Of a stretch of DNA of 64,000 nt, positions 45,180 to 62,575 are shown one piece after another. The position numbers and the translations under genes are program-made. The stretch lies in assembly GCF_009914755.1 (NCBI RefSeq), contig NC_060929.1; one strand, written 5' to 3'. The notes under the pieces are model-generated. The model did not search any database. It had not been told where the DNA came from and saw only the letters and a program-made list of their open reading frames with translations. Source of the DNA: the human T2T-CHM13v2.0 reference genome, Homo sapiens. How positions within the stretch are numbered: position 1 is the first letter of the stretch; each line of letters begins with the position of its first letter.

Positions 45180-47320
45180 TTGTCAAAGTTAAATTTTTAT
45201 TTTATTGAATTCACTTTTTGCCTCTCCTACAATGATGATTTGCTTTTCCTCCTTTAACTTGTTAATGTGATGAATTATACATAGATTTTTTTCTATTGTT
45301 AGAAATCCTTGCATTCATGGAATAAACACAATTTTCATACTATATTATCTTTTTTATAGGTTTCTAAACTTAATTTTCTAACTTTTAATTTAAAATGTTT
45401 GCCATTAGGTTCATGAGGAAAGTTGGCGTCTAATCTTCCTGTCTTACACATTTCTCGTATAACATTGGTATCAAGATTGTATTGGCCTCATAAAATGAAC
45501 TAACAAATGGACCTTTTTTTATTCTGGAGTTGTTCTTATAAAATGGAAATAATCCATTTCTTGAAAATATTTGATAGAACTCACCAGTAAAAATGTCTGG
45601 GCCTGCTGGTTCTCTTCTTCTAAGAAGAATTTGGAACTTATAATTAAAGCTCTTTAATGTGTTAGAAAACTTTCCAGGTTTCCTTGAACATGAATAAATT
45701 CCAATGATGAAAACCCCTCAGATATTAAATATAACCTTAAATATAACCTTTCCCCAATTCAATTTTTCTTTTGCAGATCTGATTAGATACTCTAATTTTT
45801 CAACCTCTATTTCACATATCAATTTTCCTTTCCTCCTCTGTACTGTCTTCAGCATAATTTTTTTAGTCTAACTTCCAACTCACTTATTTTCTTTTTGGTT
45901 CTATCCAATATTGTGTTTAACCTGTCCATTTAGTTTTTAATTTTCATTATATTTTTTATTTCTAAAAGATCTCTTAAATTCAGTTTCAATCTGCTTAATA
46001 TAAGATACACACACTGTCTCAATTTATATTCCTGGCACACCTCATTGATTTTTTAAACATATTAAACATAGCTTTTATAGTAATATAATCATTCTAATAT
46101 CTGAAATCTTTATGGGCATAATTCTCTTTCTGCTCATGATGTTTATTTCCTCATGAGTTTTCTAAGAGTCTTAGTTTTTTCTCATTTTGGATGAAATTTT
46201 ACCTGTGGCTATTCTTTGAGACGTGGGGTGAATGTGGGTTTCTCCAAAGACACTTTGCCTTCGTCTTGTGTTTGGAGGTAATACCAACATGGGATAATGA
46301 TAAAATAAATTATCAGTTTGATGTGCGGGTTTTTTTTTTTAATTACACTTACAGTGAAAATTTAAACCACAAATTCATGTGAAGATGGCCTTGTAATTTT
46401 TCCTCTAAATAGCACCGAGTTTGAGGCAGGAAAATTTCCTGGTTGTCTCCCCCTGAGGAACAGGTTTTTATCTAGTTTATCCTTTCACTGAAATTATAGT
46501 CCTTCGTATCTCTGGCTTTCAGGAGTTTTCTCCTGTAAGACTGTTATACTGGGCAGGCACTAGGTTTTGTCTCACACTTTCCCATATCCCAGGTGGTCAT
46601 AAAAATTGAAGCTCAGGGTACTAGGGCCAGGACTGTCCTTATGGAAGCCTCTGGTTTGGGGGTCTGCATACCTCTCTGGATTTATGTATTCTCCTTATGC
46701 TTGGCCTATGTGGTTCACCTTAATTTCTATTCAAGTCAGTAATATACTTTTGAAAAATGACATGTACATTTTATCTGGTATTTGCAGATTTTATATAGCA
46801 GGATAGTGATTCAGCAAATCTAGTCTACCACAACGCTAGGAATAGAATTCCCCTAATTTTTTAAAACATTATATCAAATCATGTTTATTGCCATTAATAG
46901 TCTTATAAGTGTGATTTTAAGTAAATGCATTTTGTTATAACTCGTTGTGATTGTATATTTAACTAATTCACCCCTACCTCATGTTTTTTGGGAGTGAAGG
47001 TTGTACTCAACTCACTATATTAAGTAATACTACAGTAAATATCAATCTATACATGCATTAATAATGATTTCCAAGAAAGTAGTGAAACATGGTCATAATC
47101 ATCTTTGAGGCTGATGGTATATATTTTCAAATTGCATCTCAGAAATAATGATACCAATGTGTGCTCTAATCAGCCGCATATGAAAGTGTCGTCTTTCTGT
47201 TCTCCAACCAATACAACTACCACTGTTTTTGTACCTACAAATCTGGCAAAGATGTGAGAAGGCATCTTATTGTTTCAATTTGTATTTCTTTGGTGACCAA
47301 TGTACTAAATTGCTCTTTTC
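45180..47320 (-). mobile_element. Ancient L1M fragments
   Basis: Decayed ORF2-like minus-strand motifs (TTGGTATCAAGATTGTATTGGCCTCATAAAATGA; TAGAACTCACCAGTAAAAATGTCTGGGCCTG) and L1ME-like 3' pieces. Confidence 0.55.
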
Positions 47321-48193
47321 CTATTTATCATCCTTTTCAAACAAAATGTAAACCATTTTTTAAATTTTTTTATATTAATGCAAATCCTAAATCACTACTT
47401 TATTTATTCAATTTCCTAAGCAGAATTATATGTTGTCCCATTTATACATTTTATATTAGATCATTCTGCCTTACATTTATATGCTAAAAACTGCCAGAAT
47501 TATATAATAATTATGAACAGTTGATTATAAATAATGTCTTTATTAGGATATTTCTCCATAAATCTAAATTTCATCAATCTTTCTTTAAATATCTCTACAC
47601 AATTTCCTCTTGTATTATATTACTAATTGCAGATACACTTCTTTTTGCTATTTCTATTAATTCTTTCCTATTCCTATTGTCTGTTAGTCTCCCATTCTTC
47701 TCCCATAAAATAAATAAAAATTTTACTATCAGATTCTGTGATATATTACTTCTTATTCCCAGCCTTCAACATTTTAAGAATTCAGATTGACCTTTTCTCC
47801 CATTATTTCAAGTTATCAGCATGTCAATACTTGGGAAATCTCATCAAGTGTTTAACAGTGCATACCTTACTGACTCATTATTTATTTCAGTTTAATCTTT
47901 CTTATTTTCATTCAATATTTTTCTCAGTAATATGACTTTTTCAAGCTTTTTATTTTCTAATGCATTTCTCCAAATAGCAGCCATAACCCTTATATGCCCT
48001 CTTTCAATGACAGCAACAAAAGTGTGCTAGGCTTCTTGGAAGAAAATAATTATACCAATTTAAGAAGGAGAAAATTGATGTACTGATAAACAAATGGGCA
48101 TCTTAGGATCATGTTTCTCACAAGTAAAGCAGTTCCAGAAATTCCTAGGACCCTAATGGGTTTTATTGTAAATAGGTTAAACATATCACGTAA

Positions 48194-48715
<522 letters not shown>

Positions 48716-49162
48716 GATCTGCTCTGGCAGACTGGAAGACTCTTCTATCTGCCTCATGTAAGGTGCAGGTGACATAATTAGGTAATCAAGCAAAAGATCA
48801 CATTTTTTAATAAGAAAGAGACACTGGCTATTATTTTGAGTGGCAAAACAGGTTATTCAGTCCCAGTTTAAAATGGAAATGACAGAGACCAAGATCAAGA
48901 TTTCTAATTTGAGATGTGCCTGTGATGCAATTACATTTGCTGAATGAAACTGCTTCAGTAATTAGATGCAGGTTTCTTCTCTCTTCTTTTTGAGATGTAG
49001 AGAGGACACAATAGGCTCATGGAACTTAAAGAACTCGACACCAGCTAACAAAACATGCTATCCAGCCTCTTTCATTTCACCATATTGCTTTCTTGAAAAC
49101 ATAGTACAGTGCCAGTTTAGCATTGAAAAAAATCAGTTCTCCTAATTCTAAAAAGAGGAGAC

Positions 49163-49345
49163 AGCCAGGCGTGGTGGGTCACTAAAAATACAAAAAATTA
49201 GCTGGGCATGGTGGTGCATGCCTGTAATCCCAGCTACTTGGGAGGCTGAGGCAAAAGAATCACTTAAACCCGGGAGGCGAAGGTTGCAGTGTGCTCAGAT
49301 AGCACCATTGCACTCCCGCCTGGGCAACAAGAGTGAAACTCCATC
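49163..49345 (+). mobile_element. AluS with most of the left monomer deleted
   Basis: GCCAGGCGTGGTGGGTCAC is joined directly to the TAAAAATACAAAAAATTA linker. Confidence 0.85.
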
Positions 49346-49841
49346 TCAAGAAAAAAAAAAGAAACAGAGAGAGAGAGACAAACTGTAATTTCATTTCAGA
49401 AGTTTTATAGGGTACTATTTCCAGTTCTTTTTTTCTTACTCCATTGAAGTGTAATTAGCAGTATGTGAAAATTTCCACTTTATCCTCAATCAGTAGCCTC
49501 TCCTTCCAATTAGCATATTTTTTCTATTAATTTTGTAAAGTGGGATTCTTGTTTTACACATACCCCTGGAAAGTATACTTAAACTGTGAGACCCTGGGAT
49601 TTTATATTTCCAAATAGAAGATACCATCCTCTTGTATCACAAAATGTACTTAAGATGGTTTGGATTATATTTAAATATTCTTGAATGAAATAGACTTAGT
49701 GATTGAAGCCAATTATTATATTTTTCCACACCAAAATAAATGCAATAGGAAAAGATGACAGTACTATCTAGTATTCCTGCTTCAATATTGCACAAATTAG
49801 AAACATACATATTCTGTTATGTTATAGGGTCTAGGGCTTTC

Positions 49842-49940
49842 GGAGGACAAGGCTGCAGTCAGCTGAGATCGTGCCACTGCACTCCAGCCTGGGCGACAGA
49901 GTGAGACCCTTTCTCAATAATAGTAATAAAAGTAAAAAGA
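49842..49940 (+). mobile_element. Alu 3' fragment
   Basis: GGCTGCAGTCAGCTGAGATCGTGCCACTGCACTCCAGCCTGGGCGACAGAG. Confidence 0.85.
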
Positions 49941-50192
49941 AATATAATATTTAATCAATATATGCACACACATGGGTTTATCATGACACACATGACATTT
50001 GTGTACAGTGAAAAAAAATGAGTAAATCTAGAAACCTGTATTGCCTCAATAGCTAGCTGAGTACTTCAATATGCATGTTTATTTCAACAATTTTGTGTTA
50101 AGCTTCAGTGGTAAGTAAGCAGAGTACACTGACCATAATGAATACTTCTTTTGATGAGGGTTATCACTACACAATTAAAATATGATATAGTT

Positions 50193-50526
<334 letters not shown>

Positions 50527-51206
50527 ATATGATATAGTTTAGAGTTAAATACTGACTGCTCTTGGGAACTTTGAGGTATTCTGAGGGATATAAATAACAT
50601 GAAGAGAATAGCACATTGGCTTGCAGCAGATTAGAGTCTGTTACCTGCGTGAATACTTGTTTTTCATGAACTATGAGGATCCCCTTAGCTTTTGAACCAC
50701 TTCTACTTGTGTTTAAATTTACCCTTTAATTTTGGGGTTTGACAGACTCTGCCCTTCTGTTCCGCTTGAGTCTGGCTTTTCCTACTCTGACTCACTTTGA
50801 TTCTTGACCTCTGAATCTTATTCCTATTTTACAATAAACACATGTGGCACATATGCCAATGAGTAGAGTGGAAGAGAGAAAAATTGCCAAGGAACTGTGT
50901 TTAATTTTGTTCCTTTCGCAAACCAGATACCATAACAGAAAAATTTTAGGAATATGTGCATGTTCAGTAGCCTTCAATGCAATTACAGTCATTATTACAA
51001 AGTGTTGGATAATCAATATTTTTTAAAGATTCACTAGTCCCTTCTCATAATTTTAGAACTTTGGGAAGTAACAATACAAATGTATTTTTAGCTGTGTCCT
51101 TTAATCTTTTACTGTTTCCTCTATGTGTGGTGTTTGGTTTGTGTGTGTGTGATAATTATTATAAAGATCAGAGGCTAACAGAGGTGTTTATCACAAACTT
51201 TTAAAA

Positions 51207-51515
<309 letters not shown>

Positions 51516-51554
51516 GCATGACCTTTTAACTTGCCTCATACACTCAATATACTC

Positions 51555-53760
<2,206 letters not shown>

Positions 53761-53774
53761 TATTCATGAAGACT

Positions 53775-53950
53775 AGCCAGGCGTGGTGGTGCACACCTGT
53801 AATTCCAGCTACTCCAGAGGCTGAGGAAGAGAATGACTTGAACCTGGGAGGCGGAGGTTGCAGTGAGCTGAGATCATGCCACTTCACTCCAGCCTGGGTG
53901 ACAGAGCAAGACTCTGTCTCAAAAAAAAAAAAAAAAAAAAAGAAAAAAAT
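53775..53950 (+). mobile_element. 5'-truncated Alu (right monomer)
   Basis: Flanked by ATGAAGACTA direct repeats (53766-53775 and 53953-53962). Confidence 0.9.
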
Positions 53951-53961
53951 TAATGAAGACT

Positions 53962-55235
53962 AATTGCCAAAACTTGGAAGCAACCAAGATGTCCTTCAAT
54001 AGGTGATTACATAAGCAAACTGTGGTATATTCATACAGTGGAATATTATTCAGTGCTAAAAGGAAAAAACTATCAAGCCACAAAAAGATACAGAAAAAAC
54101 AAATACATTTTGCTAAGTGAAAGAAGCCAGTCTGAAAAGGGTACATACTGTGATTTCAACTATATGACATTCTGCAAAAGGCCAAACTATAAAGACAGTA
54201 AAAAGATCAGTGGTTATCTTTGCAGATGCCACCGTCGCTGGGAGCCCTGTACTATCAGCCATGGTCAAACCCATCGTGTTTTTTGACATCGCCGTCGACG
54301 CCAAGCCCTCGGGCCGCATCTCCATCAAACTGTTTGCAGACAAGATTCCAAAGACAGCAGAAAAGTTTCATGCTCTGAGCACTGGAGAGAAAGGATTTTG
54401 TTATAAGGGTTCCTGCTTTCACAGAATTATTCCAAGGTTTATGTGTCAGGGTGGTGACTTCACACACCATAATGGCACTGGTGGAGAAATTTCATGATGA
54501 GAACCTCATCCGAAAGCATACAGGTTCTGGCATCTTGTCCATGGCAAATGCTGGACCCAACACAAATGGTTCCCAGTTTTTCATCTGCACTGCCAAGACT
54601 GAGTGTTTGGATGGCAAGCATGTGGCCTTTGGCAAGGTGAAAGAACGCATGAATATTGTGGAAGCCATGGAGCACTTTGGGTACAGGAATGGCAAGACCA
54701 GCAAGAAGATCACTATTGCTGACTGTGGACAATTCTAATGAGTTTGACTTGTGTTTTATTTTAACCACCAGACCCATTCCTTCTGTAGCTCAGGAGAGCA
54801 CCCCTCCACCACATTTGCTTGCAATATCCTAGAATCTTTGTGCTCTTGCTGCAGTTCCCTTTGGGTTCCATGTTTCCCTTGTTCCCTTCCGTACTAGCTG
54901 GATTGCAGAGTTGAGTTAAGTTTATGATTATGAAATAAAAACCAAGTAACAACAACAACAAAAAAAAGATCAGTGGTTGCCAGGGGTTTGGGGATGGGTA
55001 GGGAGATAAATAGTTCTGAAACAGGCGATTTTTAGGGGATTGAACATAGTTTGGTAATAATGTAATGATGGGTACATGACATTATGCATTTTGCAAAACT
55101 CATAGGCCTGTACCACACAAAGAGTGAACCCTAATGTAAACTGGGGGTGGGATGAAGGTGAGAGTATGTGAGAACTCTGTACTTTCTGCTCGATCTTTCC
55201 GTAAAGCTAAAACAGCTCAAAAAATAAAGTCTATT
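53962..55235 (+). mobile_element. L1MC1/2-like 3' end, split by the PPIA retrocopy
   Basis: CCAAAACTTGGAAGCAACCAAGATGTCCTTCA...AAAAAGATCAGTGGTT|GCCAGGGG...AAGAGTGAACCCTAATGTAAACT. Confidence 0.85.
54216..54962 (+). pseudogene. PPIAL4: Processed PPIA (cyclophilin A) retrocopy of the PPIAL4 lineage, frameshifted; former CDS 54261-54738
   Basis: Intronless; PPIA 5'UTR and 3'UTR; AATAAA at 54934-54939; (CAA)n/A tail; perfect 16-bp TSD AAAAAGATCAGTGGTT at 54200-54215 and 54963-54978; PPIAL4-type residues [30 protein letters not shown] and CGQF*; CDS split over two frames. Confidence 0.92.
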
Positions 55236-55269
55236 ATTTTTTTAAATGAAAGAAATTAACAATGACCAT

Positions 55270-55800
55270 AGCACGCTCACACAAATAGATTATCGAGGAC
55301 ATTTCTCTGTCAGGAATGAATATTGGGTCATCTCACAAGGTAAAACCCTGACTAGCAGAGGTGTTAGCTGAGGGCACATGGCTGTAGATGCCAACAGTGA
55401 CCTGATGGCCACTTGCAGAAGGGAGAGCCTTGACATCCAAACACATTGTTTCTCTTGTATTGTCCTGTGCATACTTATGTATCTTAACAAGTTTCCTTCT
55501 TTCCTCTTCATTTATCCCTCTTTTTAAAACAGGGCTTATTGAGGGTGATTAACTTAATTTTTAAATGATATGTGGCAGAATGTCAAGAGAGTATAGTGGA
55601 GAACTTCGTAAGGAATGGACATAACCCAGAATTCTTAGACTCAGAGTACATGCTGTGATTGAGAATTTTTTATTGTTTCATTGTTCAAGAGATTGTAGGT
55701 ACATGTTCAATTATTAGAGAAATAGTTGCACTCTGTTAGAAGGTAGCTTGGGTCTTTTGTGTTTACTTTCAAAAGGGAAAGTTTATATTGATATTGAACA
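55270..55800 (+). mobile_element. ERVL internal 3' region (continuation after L1MC)
   Basis: TCAGGAATGAATATTGGGTCATCTCACAAGGTAAAACCCTGACTAGCAGAGGTGTTAGCTGAGGGC resembles the HERVL-type 3' pol end. Confidence 0.55.
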
Positions 55801-55824
55801 AGTTAAAGCATGCATATTTATTAT

Positions 55825-56400
55825 TTGATGTTTGTTTCTGTGTTTGAGGAATTCCTCAGCCTATCAGTTTTGACGAAAACAAGAAACCACCTCCTGCTTT
55901 AGAAGCTAAAATGCCAAATGCTTGCTTTCTCAGCCTCCTTTGCAGCTAGGCTACAAGCATATGATTTAGGTTTTGCCAATCTGTTTGCCAGTGCTGAATT
56001 TCGACTTTGGAATTAATAAAAAAAGAAGCAGATTCAGTTATGCTTTCTCTTGTTTCTGGTGGAGGCCATGTAGCAGCTGCTACAATATCTGTTGCATAGG
56101 GAACAAGTGGGAGTGGTGCTGGTGGCTTTGCAGTTAGCCTAGGATTGAGCAATTGCTGCAACTGTTGCTCTCTGCAGCTTCAGCGTTACTTCTTACTGGT
56201 GGTGACAGTGGTTTCCTCCCTGGATGAGTTCTACAGCATGGTTTGGGGTACATTTCCTGGCTGCCTAGCTTTGATCTGGCTTTCTAGCCTTCTCAACAGT
56301 TCTACAAGTTCCCCACTATTTCTGTGGTAAACCTATTTATTGTTAATGTCAGCCATAATTGGCTTCTGTGTTTTATATTTTTTAAAATTCCAAGATATAC
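55825..56400 (+). mobile_element. LTR33-like ERVL LTR
   Basis: CTTGCTTTCTCAGCCTCCTTTGCAGCTAGG...ATGATTTAGGTTTTGCCAATC. Confidence 0.6.
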
Positions 56401-56554
56401 AAATGTAACAGATAGCTCAACAAACATATGTCTTTTTAAATTAAGATATATTCTGTGTCACATGAAGTACAATGGACAAAATTCAACAAATTGAATTGCG
56501 CTAAAGACCAAAGATATATTAAGCCTGGCTAGTCTTAAAAATGTAACTGGATAC

Positions 56555-56898
<344 letters not shown>

Positions 56899-57460
56899 TT
56901 AGGTAAAAACCAAATAATAAACCAACATTCTAAGAGGTTTAGTATTTGGAGGCCCAAATGTCTTAGCTAAAAGTGTTCATTCTAAACTCACAGGAAAAGT
57001 GAAATATGAAAATATATAGAAAAATCTTAGGCAGTATTTTTCAATTTTAAGCAACAACTATTTACAGGTTTTTCAATAGGCATTACATTAAAAATGAAAT
57101 ATATAGTTAATAAATATGAAAACTGTGGATATAATCAACACATTTATTTTACTTCTTGAAGTGTTAACATGTGCTGTCTCAAATATCAACAGTGTACACG
57201 TGGGAAAAAACATTTTACATAGATTTTCTGCTACAGAAAACAGCCTCTCATTAGATATCCCAAGTTTTTTCATTTGGAACACACGCCCATTCCCCAGTAT
57301 ACTAGGGGTAATAATAATTTATAAAGTTTAATTACTTTTTACTACTAGAAAACTAATTTTATGTTTGGCACAAATTTCTGAAATGACATTCCACTGCAAA
57401 GAATAATACCTATATATGGCCAGAATTACTTTTTTTCTGTAACATTAAGATAATACTGGT

Positions 57461-57702
<242 letters not shown>

Positions 57703-58697
57703 TCAGGGTTTTTGCCTCAATCCCCATGCTTCTTCATTTGACCCTCCCTGACTCCCTGATGAATTTTAGTTTGAAGTTTTGCTCTAGTCCAGAAGTTAAT
57801 TTAAAACATCTTAATAAAATTTCCACCTGCCTAGATATTTCTTGTTTGTTACACTTTAGTCCATGATTTCTACTGCCATTTACATTACCCCAAAAATATG
57901 ACCTGCTGAATTTCTGCTGTCATGAATTGACTAACATATTTTGGGCCTAAAACCTTTACATTTAGAATCTTTTTGTTTGGTATTTGAAAATAATGTATGT
58001 CCTCCATTTATTGGTCAAAAGCAGTGCCTATTTATTTCTACGTTTAATCAGAGAGACTTTGTAATAGTTATTTAATATTATTTATGTTCATTCATTTGTT
58101 GTATATAATGAGGTTAATTGCTATGATATTTTTATGTCGTTAATATAATAAAAAATATGTCATCTTTTCTCTTCCAATGAGTCTTTGGGTTATTAATTTT
58201 TAACTCAGGTATCAAGCTTGTAAAATGTTTAATGGCTTATAATAATGTCTAACACATAGTATCCACTGAGTTCTGGTAACTCCAGTTTATCAAATTCTCT
58301 TTTTTTATACCATTCTCCAAATGCAATGCTATTTGGTTTTATTTTTATTTTTTAAAAATGTGCTGCCTGATTTGAGTCTCTAAAAGTGTGAAATGTTCAG
58401 TATTTTCCAAATGTATTTGAACATGGAGTGTTATATTTACTAAAAAGTTAACAAGCAAGTATTCCCCTAAACACTCTAGCAAATACTACTAGTACAGACA
58501 AATTACGATCTAACATTATAGTACATTTTAATTTATTAGGTTAATTTTGGTTGCAAACAATAAAAAGCAAAATTCAAACTGGCTTGTATAATAGATTTTG
58601 AACAATAGTATAGGCTCAAGATAGTTTAATGCAGAAGTTCAATAATGACACAAAATAAATGTTTCTTGTCTTCCCTGTTTCTTCACTCTACCTTAAG

Positions 58698-59061
58698 TGG
58701 TATAGATTGAATGTATCCCCCCAAAATTTGTATATTTAAATCTAATCCCTAGTGTGATGATGATATTTGGCAGTGGGTCTTCGGGGGGTGATTAGGTCAT
58801 GAGGACAGAGCCCTCATGAATGGGATTATTGCTCTTATAAAAGAGACCTTAGAGAACTTCCTTGCCCCTTCCACCATGTGAGGACACAGCAAAAAGACAG
58901 CGGTCTATGAAACAGGAAACAAGTCCTCACTAGACCCTGAATCTGTTGACAACTAGATCTTGGACTTCCTGGCCTCTAGAACTGTAAGAAATAAATTTAT
59001 GTTGTTCATAAACCATCCAGGCTGTGATATTCTGGTATAGCAATCTGAAAGGACTAAGACA
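58698..59061 (+). mobile_element. MLT1A0-like MaLR solo LTR, apparently within an older MLT1 fragment
   Basis: ATTGAATGTATCCCCCCAAAATTTGTAT...AGCCCTCATGAATGGGATTA...GGACTAAGACA. Confidence 0.82.
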
Positions 59062-61447
59062 TTAGGTCTCAGTTTTATTCTATGGCTTAAAATATCATGT
59101 CATGAGTAGACAACTTCCAATCCTAGTACCTTGTGCTTCCTCTGCTGCATTTGGAAAGAAGGCATTTCCCCCTTCAATCGTGGAATGAAAAAGTTGTACT
59201 TCATTCTGATTTGATTAGCAGAAGGCATATGCTCTTTCATGCACCAATTACAATGACCAAGAATTGGGCATGGGACTCATGTCACTTAAACATTGTGAAG
59301 CTGAGAAATTCATTATTTGGTTAGGAGTGTGTGAGATCAGGGAACACTGAATGCTTGAGGTACCACCACGATGTCCACTGCAGGTATTTCCATTTCAGTA
59401 AACATTTCCATTAAGATAATGCTAGAACAAAATCAGAGGAGTAGATCTTGGTGTCCCCAACTTTTGTTGACCTAACAAAGTGAAGTTGCTTCAACTGGAC
59501 ACTTCTGAACCACATTTATGCCCATATGTTCAGTCCAAATTTATTATAAGCAATTTTCAGGTCCATATGTTTAGGATATTTCATTTGTTTGGTTATGCAT
59601 TATATGTATACATGTTTTTAACATACACACACCTCTACATATATTTTGCAGGCCTTTACACAAAAGTGTTTTCCCTAAAGGGAGAAGAGAAAAGTTGAAT
59701 GCAGAAGTAAAAAAAAAAAAAAATTCATTTGCATTTGTAGTATTTGTATCTAAATATTTTATATTACAGACGTATTAAGATTTTTATCATTTTAAACACT
59801 ACTTTAAAACAGGGAGATGGTTTACCTTCAAAAAATTTAGCTCTCAACTCAAAGTTATCAAAGTATATCCTAGATGTAGTTTGCTTGTCAGGCTTCTACA
59901 TGAAAATTTAAAAGGCTCCTGCATTTCAGAATGAGCCTAACATATGTAATTGCACTCATCCACTATGTCTACATTGCCAACCAAATACTGACAGAGAGAG
60001 CTATAGAGTGCCATAGAGAGCTGGCAGCTTTTCTGTTTGCATTAGCTTCTACTTTCTTCTTCATCTTTCCTCTATGTCTGACACATTTCATGTTACTGTT
60101 TTTAAATGTTCCCTTAACTACAGAGCTAATGTGCTTATATCTGTCAGGGGTCTCATGTGAACCTCTAAATATTTAAAGATTCATTAGCTCCCTGGAGGGC
60201 CACCATGATTTCCAAAACAAGTCACAATACCTAAAGATCTAATTGTACAATTTCCCTCAGAAATAGCCTTGAGGAAGAAGTCACATCACTCAGCAATGAG
60301 TATTACAATTATTCACAGCAGTTTTCATGGTACTATATAACATCCAATTTACAGAATTAAAGGTAATGTAATTTGAAAGAAAAATACCTGGTTTTAAGGA
60401 ATGAATGGCCATGTCAACTATTGGAAGCATCTTTGAATTGGAGCCTCTATGTTCAGGTTTCACCAGGTTTATGTTTTTAATTAATATCCTATTCAGCTTT
60501 CTGTAATTTCCACTGAGGTTTTCTAGAACAAGACAAGTCAGAAATTGATCTTTAATTATAAGCTAAGAGCAAACTGCCAAAGAACTGAGACAAATTTTGA
60601 AGAAAGAGGTCTATCAGGACTAACTATTTTAAGAGAATAAAGACTAATCAGACACACACACATATGCACAAAAAGAGGGAGAGAGAGCACAAAAATCCTA
60701 CGAAATACATTTTAAAAAATTAATTTTTTTAAGAAGAAGCATTTGATCTGCCAAAGGGAAAACTTAGCAGTTTGGAGATCTGACAGTGCTAATCTCAGGG
60801 CAAGAAAATAACAAAATAAGACACCAAAGAATTACCTAAACTGTGAAAGATGAAGTTTTCAGAGTTCTAACAGAGAATTGGGATACTAAAGTACAAAGTT
60901 TAAGAGGTGTAATATATTAATGTTTAATTTATATCCCAAATACTTAAAAACTATGTTTCATTGTTATACATATTTATTTTATTATAAAGATAATGAATGC
61001 AGTAGGGTTAGATTTAAATAACTCATTGGGTTTAAAATGAGAAACGAAGGTCTGGCTTTTTACTACCTACAGTCTTACCATCAAAGTTAGCTATTGTTAA
61101 TAATTTCTTGTCCATTCTTGTATGTGTTATGGTTTCTTTCTTAGAAAGAAGTACACTATACTAGTATACATACTATTTATTCGTGAACTTTGCATTTGTC
61201 ATGTAATCATATGTCTTAGTGGTCATTTCATAATAGATGTCTCTCTTTCCCATGCTGTCAGTGGTGACTGCATGAGGCATTGTACAGACGTACCAGTAAT
61301 TACTTACTCTGTGTCATATTGATGGTTATTCAGATTGTTTTCACTTTGCCCTTGCAGACAACACTGCAATGAACATCCTTATTCATGTATTATCCCAAAT
61401 ACATCACAGTGATTGCTGTCTGAGAGAAATATACATTGTTGATTTTA

Positions 61448-61903
61448 TTTTTTTACTTTTTATAATTTCAACTTTTGATTTTAGATACAGTGGGTACATG
61501 TGCAGGTTTGTTACATGGGTATGTTGTGTAATGCTGAGGTTTGCTGCATGATTGATCCGATCACCCAGGTACTAGGCATAGTAGTTGTTTTTCAACCTTT
61601 ACCCCCTCCCTCCTTCTACCCTCGAGTAGTCCCCAGTTTCTATTGTTCCCATCTTTGTGTCCATGTGTACTCAATGTTTAGCTCCTGCTTATAAGTGAGA
61701 ATATGTGGTATTTGGTTTTCTATTCCTGTGTTAATTCGCTTAGCATAATGGCGTCGAGTTGCATCCATGTTGCTGTAAAGGACATAATTTTATTCTTTTT
61801 TATGGCTGCAAAGTATTCCATGGCATATATGTAACACATTTTCTTTACCCAATCTACCATTGATGGACACCTAGGTTGATTCCATGTCTTAGCGATTGTG
61901 AAT
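61448..61903 (-). mobile_element. L1PA15/16-like 3' end inserted in older L1ME sequence
   Basis: GGTACATGTGCAGGTTTGTTACATGGGTATGTTG...; TSD TACA(T/C)TG(T/C)TGATTTTA on both sides. Confidence 0.85.
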
Positions 61904-62255
61904 TACACTGCTGATTTTAATAGAAACCACTAATTTTTACGCCAAAAAAATCATCAATGTGCACCTGCTCCAAGGCTGTGTGAGCATAGCCCTTTTTCTT
62001 GGGATGTCAACAACACTGGGTTTTATCAAAATATAAGTTTTGCCAATTTATTAGTTAAAAAATGCTAACTCAATGCTATTTGGATTTGAACTACCACTGG
62101 TGCTGAGCATCTTTTTACATATTCACTGGCAATCTATTTATCTTTCTCTGTTGTTTATCTTTTTCTGTGTAATAATTTTCCTTATCTTCCACTCTTTTAA
62201 ATATTAAGTTTTCACTGTTTTCTTAATAATTTTTAAGTTTAAAAAGTGACCTTTT

Positions 62256-62575
<320 letters not shown>

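Noticed and set aside
45726-45749. 12-nt tandem duplication TAAATATAACCT
   Set aside because: Common micro-duplication with no further structure.
54210-54260. In-frame N-terminal extension of the PPIA-like ORF
   Set aside because: Starts at a GTG within the TSD and reads through the PPIA 5'UTR; the true start is ATG 54261.
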